A stretch of DNA of 64,000 nucleotides, from assembly GCA_041395385.1 (NCBI GenBank), contig JAWLAN010000011.1, positions 71,783-135,782 on the forward strand. Direction: 5' to 3'. The number at the start of each line of letters is the position of its first letter. The first letter of the stretch is position 1. Of this stretch, positions 25,111-35,946 are shown piece by piece. Source of the stretch: Gammaproteobacteria bacterium (lineage in GTDB: Bacteria; Pseudomonadota; Gammaproteobacteria; JAJPIJ01). The notes under the pieces were generated by a model that was not told where the DNA came from, searched no databases, and saw only the letters and a program-made list of their open reading frames with translations. A program made the position numbers and the translations under genes.

Positions 25111-25343
25111 AACCTTCCCCCTCGCTGCGCGGAGCAGCGGCGTGATTCCTGTACCGGCATCAGGGCCTCGGCCCAGCCCGCGGGGACCTTACCCGCTCGA
25201 ACGTATGGCCCGCCGTGCGATAACGGCTGGCCCGGAAGCCGCGATCATTCACCGGTCGAACTCACGTTAATGCTTCGCGGCGGCATCGACAACTGCCGGC
25301 GACGGCCGATGTCGCAGATTGCGACGGCCCCGGGACCGCACGA

Positions 25344-26600
25344 TTACCGGGCTTCGCGCGGCGACTGCGCCCGTTTCAACCGGCGATACAGGGTGCTGCG
25401 CGCGATCCCGAGCTTGCGCGCCGCGCGACTTATCTCCCCGCCGCATTGCGCGAGGGTCTGGCGGATCAACTCCTCCTCGGTCTCCCGAAGCGACCGCGGC
25501 GCAAGGCCGCCAGGCGGCCCTTCGAGTTCCGCATCCTCCGCGTGCCGCGCGTAGCGAGCATGCTCCGCGAAGACCGAGGGCGGCGTTTCCTTGCGGCGCA
25601 ATACCAGCAGATAGCCGGCCAGCCGACCGGCGTTGTCGCGCATCATCTCCAGTCGCAGTTTCAGGCGTTCCAGACCGTCGATCTCGCGTTCCACGGCGCC
25701 TTCCGGCGCATGCTCGTGCAACCGCATCCCCTGCAGTCCCAGCGCCAGCCGCGGCGCCACTTCGACCAGACGCCGGTTACGAATGGCCCCGTCCCCGCCG
25801 GAGATCGCGGCCAAGCCTGCGGCGTTGGCGTCGAGCACGCGGCCGCTGCGGCTCAGCAGCACCAGACCGTCGCCGGGCCATCTGTGCTGCAGCTCGAGAA
25901 AACGGTTGTGCAGATGATCGCGGCGCACCAGTTCGCGCAGCTGCAGTTGCTGCTCGACGGCGTGCGCAATCGCCACGGTGAGCCCCATGGTCTCGAACTG
26001 CGCGTTGCGCACAGGGCCGGTGATATCGATGACTCCGATGATCTCGCCGGACTCCGGATCACGAACCGGACTCCCATAACAGACCCAGGGCTGCCAGCCC
26101 AGGCAGAAGTGCTCGGTCCCCAGCACGACCTCGGGACGGCCCAATTTCAGCGGCGTGCCGACGCCGTTCGGACCCACCACCTCCTCGGCCCACATGCCGC
26201 CCGGCATGAAGTTGATGCGCTCGAGCCGCTCTCGCGTCCCACGCTGCCCGGCCGCGTGCAGGATGCGGCCCTTGGCGTCGGCGAGCACCAGCACATGGCC
26301 CGTGCCGTGCAGTATCGCCTCGTAGTTGCGGAGAACCTCGCAACCAACCACCCCCAGGGCCGCCGTGTGCAGTATCTTTTCGATGGCCTCGGATTCCAGC
26401 CGGGAAGGTGCGCGGACGGACTCCGGATCGATGCCCAGATCGCGACATCGTCGCCAGCTGTCGGCGATGACATCGCGGGGAGACCGGTTGCCGAAGTCGC
26501 CGGTCGTGACAAAGCGCTCCCATGCCGAGGCGACCTCGCGGTTGGCCTTGACCGGAGCCTCCAGAATTGCTGCGAAGGGGTCGAAGTTGTCACTGCCCAT
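25344..26600 (-). CDS. GAF-domain / Fis-type HTH transcriptional regulator (AcoR-like N-terminus, no sigma-54 AAA+ module)
   Basis: N-terminal GAF-like region and a C-terminal Fis-family HTH (ISRAARKLGIARSTLYRRLKR). I saw no GESGTGKE or GAFTGA motifs. Confidence 0.6.
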   Translation of the reverse strand: MGSDNFDPFAAILEAPVKANREVASAWERFVTTGDFGNRSPRDVIADSWRRCRDLGIDPESVRAPSRLESEAIEKILHTAALGVVGCEVLRNYEAILHGTGHVLVLADAKGRILHAAGQRGTRERLERINFMPGGMWAEEVVGPNGVGTPLKLGRPEVVLGTEHFCLGWQPWVCYGSPVRDPESGEIIGVIDITGPVRNAQFETMGLTVAIAHAVEQQLQLRELVRRDHLHNRFLELQHRWPGDGLVLLSRSGRVLDANAAGLAAISGGDGAIRNRRLVEVAPRLALGLQGMRLHEHAPEGAVEREIDGLERLKLRLEMMRDNAGRLAGYLLVLRRKETPPSVFAEHARYARHAEDAELEGPPGGLAPRSLRETEEELIRQTLAQCGGEISRAARKLGIARSTLYRRLKRAQSPREAR

Positions 26601-26799
26601 GCCGGTGCCTTCCGGGATATCCGCGTCAGGCGCTGCTCCAGCCGCCCGCGATGTCTTTTGGTGGTGTCCGCGCCAGAGTGAGTAGCTTTAACATATCGGC
26701 AGGCCATTTTCGAGGCCGGGCGCACGCCGCGGGCTCAAGCCAGGTGCGGAGACGTCGAAAATATCATCATTCGGCTTGCGGAGAAGGTGGTTCCATACG

Positions 26800-27459
26800 A
26801 TGGAAAAGACGCATTGCATCGGCTCGCTCCTCGCCGTCCTGCTGTCGGCGGCAGCGCACTGCGCTGCCGCCGAAGACTGGGGCCGGGTGGTCGGATTGTT
26901 CAGGGATCAGGCCATCGTCGAGGTGGATGGACGACAGATCATCCTGAAGGCGGGCGGCCCCGCCAAGCGCGGGATCCGGCTGTTGTCCACCGATGCTCAG
27001 GAGGCCGTCTTCGAGGTCGACGGCGTGGAGTTCCGCTACCGGCACGGCACCGGGATCGGCAGCAATCAGCCGGGGGCTCCCAGCGCCGGCAAGACCGTCC
27101 AGATCGCGCCCGACACGGGTGGAATGTATTTCGTCAGCGGGGCGATTAACGGCTACGCCGTGCGGTTTCTGGTCGACACGGGGGCAACGCTCGTGGCGAT
27201 GAACAAGCGCACTGCCAAGCGCCTCGGTATCAATTACATGCTGGATGGCGAGGAAGGTCTCTCGCAGACCGCCTCGGGTTATGCAAGAACCTACCTGGTG
27301 AAGCTGAACAAGGTGACCGTCGGGGAGATCACCCTCACCGACGTGGAAGGCGCGGTCATCGACGGCGATCAACCCCTGGAAGTGCTGCTCGGCAACTCCT
27401 TCCTGGGACGGGTCAACATGGAGAGAAAAGGTCGTCTGCTCATGCTGAGAATGCCGTAG
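26800..27459 (+). CDS. retropepsin-like (clan AA) aspartic protease, secreted
   Basis: Signal peptide, then an aspartyl protease motif (LVDTGAT) in a roughly 100-aa C-terminal domain. ATG with a GGAGAAGGTGG RBS. Confidence 0.65.
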   Translation: MEKTHCIGSLLAVLLSAAAHCAAAEDWGRVVGLFRDQAIVEVDGRQIILKAGGPAKRGIRLLSTDAQEAVFEVDGVEFRYRHGTGIGSNQPGAPSAGKTVQIAPDTGGMYFVSGAINGYAVRFLVDTGATLVAMNKRTAKRLGINYMLDGEEGLSQTASGYARTYLVKLNKVTVGEITLTDVEGAVIDGDQPLEVLLGNSFLGRVNMERKGRLLMLRMP

Positions 27460-27493
27460 CAAGCCGGCGGCGTCACGAAATCCGGCAACCAGC

Positions 27494-27542
27494 AAAAAAA
27501 TCCACCTTCCTGCCCACTCGGGCGAGCGGGCGACGGAAGGTG
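27494..27542 (-). terminator. rho-independent terminator for minus-strand transcription
   Basis: Minus strand reads CACCTTCC, a loop, GGAAGGTG, GA, then TTTTTTT. It sits 16 nt after the stop of the 53-codon minus-strand ORF and about 340 nt downstream of the aldolase stop. Confidence 0.55.
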
Positions 27543-27557
27543 TAAGGGGAGGTCACA

Positions 27558-27719
27558 TTACTGGAGAGAACCACGGAGCAAACACATTCCGACTCTCTGT
27601 GCAATGCACAATAAACTCAATCCAATCGCAGTGCAATACTGCTGTTTGAGGACACTTAGTTTCTTTCTTGGAAACAATCTCCCCGATAAGGCGTCTCTAA
27701 CCGTTTTGAAGGATATCAT
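27558..27719 (-). other. candidate small gene (53 codons) or sRNA within an AT-rich island
   Basis: Open frame MISFKTVRDALSGRLFPRKKLSVLKQQYCTAIGLSLLCIAQRVGMCLLRGSLQ with a basic N-terminus and a hydrophobic C-terminus. It is followed by the terminator above. No clear SD and atypical codon usage. A 39-codon antisense ORF lies on the plus strand at 27604..27723. Confidence 0.2.
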
Positions 27720-27878
27720 TTAACTTATTGTTTTATATCAGTTTGTATGCTTTTAAGCACTGTGCCGGCGGGGCAGGTGTCATAAGGCCGGGACAGCAAT
27801 GTCACACCATGACGGGCTCGAGAATGATGCGGCGCATGAAGCTGCGGGCGGGAGGCTCTTGTCGAGACCCCCGATGGC

Positions 27879-28658
27879 TCAGCTCAGTGCGTCGTCGTGG
27901 TGGGAAAGACTCCGCAGCTGCGCGAGTGTCTCGCGCCCGCCGCCGAGGATATAGGCGGAGTCGCAACCGGCGGCAATCAGACTGAAGCCCTGCTCGAGAT
28001 GCGATCCCATCGTCCGTGGGTCCAGGCTGAAGATGCCGAGCGGCATCTGCCGACGTAAACACGCGTCACGGACGGTCGCGATGGCGGCGGTGACGTCGCC
28101 ATGACCCACCTGCCCTGTCAGGCCCATGCTTGCCGAGAGGTCGTAAGGGCCGACGAACACCGCGTCGACGCCGGCGACATCGAGGATCGACTCGACATTG
28201 CCGACGGCGTCGATATGTTCCACCTGTACCACCACGCTGATTTCGTCGTTGGCGCGCTGCAGGTAGTCGCCGAAATAGCCGCCGTAACCATGCGCACGGG
28301 CGATCCCGACGCCACGGGTGCCCTCGGGCGGGTACCGGCACCACCGCACGATGCGAGCGGCCTGCTCGGCGCTGTTGACCTGCGGGACGATGATGCCGGC
28401 GGCACCGATGTCCAGCGCCTTCTTGACCTCGATCTCCTCCCCGAGCGGGACGCGCAGCAGGCAGGGACACCGATCACCGGCCGCCTGGATCATGCGCTGG
28501 GCCATCAGGTAGTCCAGCGGTCCATGCTCGCCGTCGAGGAAAAGCCAGTCGAAACCGGCGGCGGCGAGGATCTCCGAGACCTCGGGGGATGGGAGACTGA
28601 CGAGGGTGCCAAGCAGTCGGTCGCGCTCCCGCAACCGGCGCCGAAATGAATGAAACAT
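27879..28658 (-). CDS. HpcH/HpaI aldolase / citrate lyase family protein
   Basis: 259 aa. TIM-barrel HpcH-family sequence. Confidence 0.7.
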   Translation of the reverse strand: MFHSFRRRLRERDRLLGTLVSLPSPEVSEILAAAGFDWLFLDGEHGPLDYLMAQRMIQAAGDRCPCLLRVPLGEEIEVKKALDIGAAGIIVPQVNSAEQAARIVRWCRYPPEGTRGVGIARAHGYGGYFGDYLQRANDEISVVVQVEHIDAVGNVESILDVAGVDAVFVGPYDLSASMGLTGQVGHGDVTAAIATVRDACLRRQMPLGIFSLDPRTMGSHLEQGFSLIAAGCDSAYILGGGRETLAQLRSLSHHDDALS

Positions 28659-28732
28659 ACTTTCCTTTCCGGTCAGGAAAGCCGCGGCGGCATTCCCGGC
28701 GAGTATAGGGGAGAACCGCGGCCCGGCCGCAA

Positions 28733-30490
<1,758 letters not shown>

Positions 30491-30574
30491 TGTCTTCTTC
30501 CCCTGCCCGCCTGTACCGCGAGCTTCTCTCGAGGCGGTTACGCTCCCCCCATGTCCGTCACCGCCGCCGGACCG

Positions 30575-31696
30575 TCAGTCGACCGCGGCGGCGTACTGCG
30601 CGAGTCGCACCGGCCGTCGTCGCGCCCCCCACTCGCCCGGTGCGCTTTCGAATACCCCCGCGCAAGGCGTCCGGCAGTGCCGGCAGCGGCCGTCCGCCGT
30701 CAGTTCCCACGCGGTCATGCGGTACCAGTCGCGGCCGATGAGCAGCGCGCCGCATTCATGGCAGTAGGTGCTGCCGCCCGCCTCGTCATGGACGTTTCCC
30801 GTATAGCAGTAGCGCACGCCGTTCTTCGTGGCGATGGCACGCGCGCGTGCCAGCGTGGCGGGCGGTGTCGCCGGGGTATCCAGCATCTTCCAGTCCGGGT
30901 GAAACGCGCTGAAATGCAGCGGCACGTCCACCCCGAGCTCGGAGACGACCCACTGCGTCAGCGACTCCAGCTCGGCGTCGCTATCGTTGGCGCCGGGAAT
31001 GAGCAGGGTCGTTATCTCCAGCCACACCCTGGTCTCCCGCCGCAGATAGACCAGGGTGTCGAGGACCGGCTGCAGGTGAGCGCCGGTCAGCTTCCAGTAG
31101 AACCTGTCATCGAAGGCCTTCAAGTCGACATTGGCGGCGTCGATGTGGCCGAAGAACTCCGCGCGCGGCTCCGGGCACACGTATCCGGCCGTGACCGCCA
31201 CGGTGCGTATACCCTGTTCGCGGCAGGCGTCGGCCACGTCGGCGGCGTACTCCATGAACACGACGGGATCGTTATAGGTGAAGGCCACGCTGCGGCAGCC
31301 CAGCGCGCATGCGGCGTTCGCAATCGTCAACGGCGAGGCGGCGTCGGCCAGCGTGTCGATCTCGCGCGACTTGCTGATGTCCCAGTTCTGGCAGAACTTG
31401 CAGGCGAGGTTGCAGCCGGCGGTGCCGAAAGACAATACAGGCGTGCCCGGCAGGAAATGGTTGAGCGGCTTCTTTTCGATGGGATCGACGCAGAATCCGC
31501 TCGACCGGCCGTGCGTCGTCAGGACGATCTGGCCGCCCATGTTCGCGCGCACGAAGCACAGGCCGCGCTGGCCCTCGTGAAGTTTGCAGTACCGCGGGCA
31601 GAGATCGCACTGCGTCCGCGACTCGTCGATGACGTGCCAGTATCGCGTCGGGGCGATGGCGTTATCGGAAAAACCGGTGGAACTCACTGCCTGCAT
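30575..31696 (-). CDS. AmmeMemoRadiSam-system-type radical SAM enzyme (PFL-activase-like)
   Basis: CNLACKFCQNW radical SAM CxxxCxxC motif. The N-terminal CDLCPRYC cysteine motif and overall sequence resemble the AMMECR1/Memo-associated radical SAM family. I see no AMMECR1 or Memo partners in the window. Confidence 0.7.
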   Translation of the reverse strand: MQAVSSTGFSDNAIAPTRYWHVIDESRTQCDLCPRYCKLHEGQRGLCFVRANMGGQIVLTTHGRSSGFCVDPIEKKPLNHFLPGTPVLSFGTAGCNLACKFCQNWDISKSREIDTLADAASPLTIANAACALGCRSVAFTYNDPVVFMEYAADVADACREQGIRTVAVTAGYVCPEPRAEFFGHIDAANVDLKAFDDRFYWKLTGAHLQPVLDTLVYLRRETRVWLEITTLLIPGANDSDAELESLTQWVVSELGVDVPLHFSAFHPDWKMLDTPATPPATLARARAIATKNGVRYCYTGNVHDEAGGSTYCHECGALLIGRDWYRMTAWELTADGRCRHCRTPCAGVFESAPGEWGARRRPVRLAQYAAAVD

Positions 31697-31896
31697 CCGT
31701 ATGGACCTTAACCTGCCAATTCTGTGATTCTAGCTGCCCCGGCGCGAGGCCGCTCGTCACGGCCGGCCAGCGGCACTGATCCCGGTCAATTGCCTATCCT
31801 CCGCCTTGGACATCTGTGATAACGTAACGTTCGCGCGCCCGCAGGCGAATATGGCGCGCGACTCATCCAGCTGATGGTTTGCTCGAGGAGAAGGAG

Positions 31897-33189
31897 ATGC
31901 GCAACGCCAACGTACTGGGCATTACCGGCGGGGCACCCGTGCAGGGCGGTTCGATCACGCCCCCGGCGCGGCGTATACCGACCTCGCCCTCCACCGCCAT
32001 GGATCGCCTGTTCGCCCGCCTGGCCCTGCGGCTCGCCAACTCACCACCGATCGCGCTGGTGCTGTGGGACGGTCAGGAGCTCGCGCCGGCCGGCAAGACC
32101 CCGGTCGCGCGCTTCCATCTGAATACCCGCGCCGCCCTTTACGGCATGCTGCGTAACCCGGAGCTGCAGTTTGGCGACGCCTACAGCACTGGGCAGATCG
32201 ACATCGAGGGCGATTTCCTCGAGGCGCTGGAGGCCGTTTACCGCGCGGTCCACGCCCGCGAGTCCGATCGCTACGCCAGCACACTGCGCTGGTTGAGGAG
32301 CTACCGCCAGAAGAACAACACCATCCTGAAGGCGCGCGACAACATCCATCACCACTATGACATCAGCACCGATTTCTATCGCCTGTGGCTGGATCAGGCG
32401 GCGATGCAGTACACCTGCGCCTACTACCCCGCCGAGACCATGACGCTGGAACAGGCGCAGATCGCCAAGATGAACCATGTCGCCCGCAAGTTGATGCTCA
32501 AACCCGGCGAGACGGTGGTGGAGGCTGGCAGCGGATGGGGCGGGCTCGCGCTGCACCTGGCACGCCGATTTGGCGTGCGCGTCCGCAGCTACAACATCTC
32601 CAAGGAGCAGGTGAAGTTCGCCCGCCAGCGCCTCAAGCAGAGCGACGTGGCCGAGATGGTCGAGTACGTCGAAGACGATTACCGCAACATCTCCGGCGAG
32701 TACGACGCGTTCGTGTCCGTCGGCATGCTCGAGCACGTCGGCCCGGACCACTACCGCGACATGGGGCGCGTCATCGATCGCTGCCTGAAACCGCAGGGGC
32801 GCGGCCTCGTGCACAGCATCGGTCGCAATCGCCAGCGCCAGATGAACGCCTGGATCGAGCGCCGCATCTTCCCCGGGGCGCACCCTCCCACCCTGCGCGA
32901 GATGACGGAGATCTTCGAGCCCAGCGACTTTTCGGTGCTGGACGTCGAGAATCTGCGGCTGCACTACTCCCGAACGCTCACTGCGTGGCTGGACCGCTTC
33001 GAGGCCAATCTCGACACCGTGCGTTCGATGTACGATGAGACGTTCGTGCGCGCCTGGCGCCTGTATCTGCTTGGTTCGATCGCCGCGTTCAACGTCGGCG
33101 CGCTGCAGCTGTTCCAGGTGGTCTTCACCCGCGCGACCAACAACAACCTGCCGTACTCGCGCATGCACCTCTACCGCGATCACCCGTGA
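31897..33189 (+). CDS. cyclopropane-fatty-acyl-phospholipid synthase family SAM-dependent methyltransferase
   Basis: CFA-synthase-like N-terminal region and a SAM-binding motif (VVEAGSGWGGLAL). ATG with a GAGGAGAAGGAG RBS. Confidence 0.85.
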   Translation: MRNANVLGITGGAPVQGGSITPPARRIPTSPSTAMDRLFARLALRLANSPPIALVLWDGQELAPAGKTPVARFHLNTRAALYGMLRNPELQFGDAYSTGQIDIEGDFLEALEAVYRAVHARESDRYASTLRWLRSYRQKNNTILKARDNIHHHYDISTDFYRLWLDQAAMQYTCAYYPAETMTLEQAQIAKMNHVARKLMLKPGETVVEAGSGWGGLALHLARRFGVRVRSYNISKEQVKFARQRLKQSDVAEMVEYVEDDYRNISGEYDAFVSVGMLEHVGPDHYRDMGRVIDRCLKPQGRGLVHSIGRNRQRQMNAWIERRIFPGAHPPTLREMTEIFEPSDFSVLDVENLRLHYSRTLTAWLDRFEANLDTVRSMYDETFVRAWRLYLLGSIAAFNVGALQLFQVVFTRATNNNLPYSRMHLYRDHP

Positions 33190-34322
33190 CCTCGGCGAGC
33201 ACCGATGTGGACGTCCTGATCGTCGGCGGCGGACCTGCCGGCTCGTCGGTCGCGTGGGGACTGCGCGGGCAGGGCCTGCGCGTCGCGGTGCTCGACAAGG
33301 CCCCCTTCCCGCGCAACAAGGTCTGCGCGGGGTGGATAACCTCGGCCGTTGCACGTGCCCTGGGACTCGACCTGCACGAGTACGCGCAGGGCAGGACCCT
33401 GCAGCCGATCAACGCCTTCCTCGTTGGATTGATGGGCGCCCCGGGCAAGGAGATCCGCTACGACGAGGGCCCCGTCAGTTACGGCATCCGACGCTGCGAG
33501 TTCGACGAGCATCTGCTGCGCCGGTGCGGAGCGGAGCTCTGGCTGGGTCAGTCGCTCTCCCGCATGGAGCGTCAGGGCGATCGCTGGCTGGTCAATGACG
33601 GCATCCGGGCGCGCCTTATCGTCGGGGCGGGCGGCCACTTCTGTCCCGTGGCACGTGCGTTGGGCGCCCGGCTCGGACAAGGAGAGTTGGTGGTGGCCGC
33701 GCAGGAGATCGAGTTCGAGATGACGGCCGAGCAGCGATCGGCCTGCGCGGTGCGCGCCGACACGCCGGAGCTGTATTTCTGCCCCGATCTCAAAGGGTAT
33801 GGCTGGATATTCCGCAAGGGCGACTGGCTGAACGTGGGCCTCGGTCGCGAGGACAACCACCGGCTCGCCGATCACGTCGCGCAGTTCTGCGAAGCGGCGC
33901 GCCTGCAGGGCCGCGTTGGATTCGACCTGCCGACGCGTTTCCATGGCCATGCCTACCTGCTCTCGCACCGCGCGCAGCGCCCCCTCGCCGCCGATGGAGT
34001 CCTGCTCGTCGGCGATGCCACCGGACTTGCCTATCCGCAAAGCGGCGAGGGCATCCGGCCTGCGGTGGAATCCGGACTGCTCGCGGCACGCACCGTACTG
34101 GCGAGCGCGGGCGATTTCTCCGCGCACGGGCTGAACGGGTATGCGGAGTCCGTCACGAGGCGATTCGGGACCCGAACAGCCACCGCCCCCGCGACCGCCC
34201 CGCCGCATTCCTCCCGCTGGAAACAGGCGCTGGCCCGCTACGCGCTCTCCACCCGCTGGTTCAATCGCCACGTGGTCATCGACCGCTGGTTCCTGCACCG
34301 GCACCAGCCCGCCCTTTCCTGA
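33186..34322 (+). CDS. geranylgeranyl-reductase-family FAD-dependent oxidoreductase
   Basis: N-terminal FAD Rossmann motif (DVLIVGGGPAGSSVA) and GGR/FixC-like sequence. GTG start overlaps the cfa TGA (GTGA). Confidence 0.75.
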   Translation: MTSASTDVDVLIVGGGPAGSSVAWGLRGQGLRVAVLDKAPFPRNKVCAGWITSAVARALGLDLHEYAQGRTLQPINAFLVGLMGAPGKEIRYDEGPVSYGIRRCEFDEHLLRRCGAELWLGQSLSRMERQGDRWLVNDGIRARLIVGAGGHFCPVARALGARLGQGELVVAAQEIEFEMTAEQRSACAVRADTPELYFCPDLKGYGWIFRKGDWLNVGLGREDNHRLADHVAQFCEAARLQGRVGFDLPTRFHGHAYLLSHRAQRPLAADGVLLVGDATGLAYPQSGEGIRPAVESGLLAARTVLASAGDFSAHGLNGYAESVTRRFGTRTATAPATAPPHSSRWKQALARYALSTRWFNRHVVIDRWFLHRHQPALS

Positions 34323-34338
34323 CCCCCGCCTGCGCGAC

Positions 34339-35490
34339 TCAGGGCACGCTCCCGGCCGGTACCACCTGCTCTCCCTTCCCGACGGCAAGCGTGCCCGGCG
34401 AGCGTGCGACGCGCTCGCCCGGCTCCAGGCCGGACAGAACCTCCACGTGCAGGTCATCGGCCACGCCGGTTCGGATCGTCCGCTCTCGCAGCGTGCGACG
34501 GCCGGCGTCGAAAACCAGGACCCCTCCGCCCACCGTCACCGCCGTGACCGGTACACGCGTTGCCCGCTCGCGCGCTGCCAGCGGGATCTCGACGGTGGCC
34601 GCCGCGCCGGGCCGGGTTGCCGGATCGCCCGCATCGGGGCTGAATTCGACGACGATCTCGGCGCTCTTCCCACCCTGGCCGTGGCCCGTGTCGACCGAGC
34701 GGACGACCGCGTCGCAGCGCAGCCGATCCGAACCGGCGGCGAGCCGCACGCATGCCGATGCGTGGCGTTCGAGCGCGCCCGCGTTGCCGGCGGCGGGCGC
34801 GGGGACGCGCATGCGCACGGCCAGGCAGCCGTTCCTGGCCAGCTCGATGGGCGCGTTGGCGCCGGCCTGGAGAAGATCGCCGGGGACGACGTTCACTGCC
34901 GTGAGGGTGCCATCGAACGCCGCGCGCACCTTGAAACGCTCCAGATCGGAGCGCAAGCCGCTGAGCCTGCCGATGGCCGAGGAAACCTCACGGCGTGCCT
35001 GTGCGCAGGCGTTCCAGTCGCCCTGGAGGCCCGCCCTGCCGGTCTCGGACGCCAGCGCGATCGATTCCCGGCGCGTCTCGGCAAGCCGATCGCGGCGCTT
35101 CTCTCGCAGCGGCGAGCGCCGGCAGTCCTCGCGTGCCGCGACGCTGGCGGCCCTCGCCTCGCGCCGTGCCCTTCCCAGCCCGTCGATCAAGGCCTCCTCC
35201 TCCTCCAGCTCCGCCAGCAATGTGCCGCGGCGCACCTGCTGTCCCGGCCTGGCAAGTACGCGCTGCACACGGCCGCCCGCCGGTATCGTCGCAGCCGGCA
35301 CCACGCATGCCTCGACAGTGGCCGCGGGATCGCTGCGAAGTACCGGCCGCACCGGGCCGATGTCGACCGCAACCAGTTCGACCTGTGCCGCCGACCCGTG
35401 CCCTGCGAGCATCCGGACGATGACGGCGATCAGGGCGAGCGCGCCGAGCACGGACATCGCTATAATCATCTTCAGTTGGAGGGAGTGCAT
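34339..35490 (-). CDS. efflux-type periplasmic adaptor (HlyD/membrane fusion protein family)
   Basis: N-terminal transmembrane anchor, a biotinyl/lipoyl-like hairpin region (VRRGTLLAELE), coiled coil and a beta-barrel region. Start taken at MHSLQLKMIIAM. Confidence 0.65.
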   Translation of the reverse strand: MHSLQLKMIIAMSVLGALALIAVIVRMLAGHGSAAQVELVAVDIGPVRPVLRSDPAATVEACVVPAATIPAGGRVQRVLARPGQQVRRGTLLAELEEEEALIDGLGRARREARAASVAAREDCRRSPLREKRRDRLAETRRESIALASETGRAGLQGDWNACAQARREVSSAIGRLSGLRSDLERFKVRAAFDGTLTAVNVVPGDLLQAGANAPIELARNGCLAVRMRVPAPAAGNAGALERHASACVRLAAGSDRLRCDAVVRSVDTGHGQGGKSAEIVVEFSPDAGDPATRPGAAATVEIPLAARERATRVPVTAVTVGGGVLVFDAGRRTLRERTIRTGVADDLHVEVLSGLEPGERVARSPGTLAVGKGEQVVPAGSVP

Positions 35491-35946
35491 CTGAACGGCG
35501 GGGACCGCGTGCGGGCCGGATGACGACGGCCCCCTCGCGGGATGGCATGCGAATCCGATGCCAAACTGTCCTAACGGGGAAAAAAATGAGCGGCACCTCC
35601 CTGTGCCGCCAACGACCGCTGTCAGACGGTCGAGCTTGGAGGGTAACCCCTGCATGGATTTCCACACAGAGGGGGCGGTGCGAGCACCGCGGGGAAAACA
35701 TAGCGGTGCGGGCGCGCGGGGCTTTGACCCGGATCAACGAACCACGACGACCTCACGCGCCGGCCTGCGTGGGCTTGATGCGACGCATCACGGGAGGCAA
35801 TAACGACTTGACTTTCAGCGGATATCCGGGGGCTTTAACATCGCAAAAAATTAGGCTATTGTTAGGCGTGGTACTGGTCGGTTCGGTACCACGAGGGACT
35901 GAGCAGATCTGCCCAAAACAAACCATTAAATCCCAGGAGGTTTCAC

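Noticed and set aside
27728-27985. 85-aa plus-strand ORF running from the AT-rich island into the aldolase gene antisense
   Set aside because: Mostly antisense to a supported gene. Arg-rich tail.
32041-35523. Long ORFs antisense to cfa, the GGR-like gene and the MFP gene
   Set aside because: Antisense artefacts in high-GC DNA.
35558-35803. 81-aa ORF upstream of the small secreted protein gene
   Set aside because: No RBS and composition typical of non-coding high-GC DNA.
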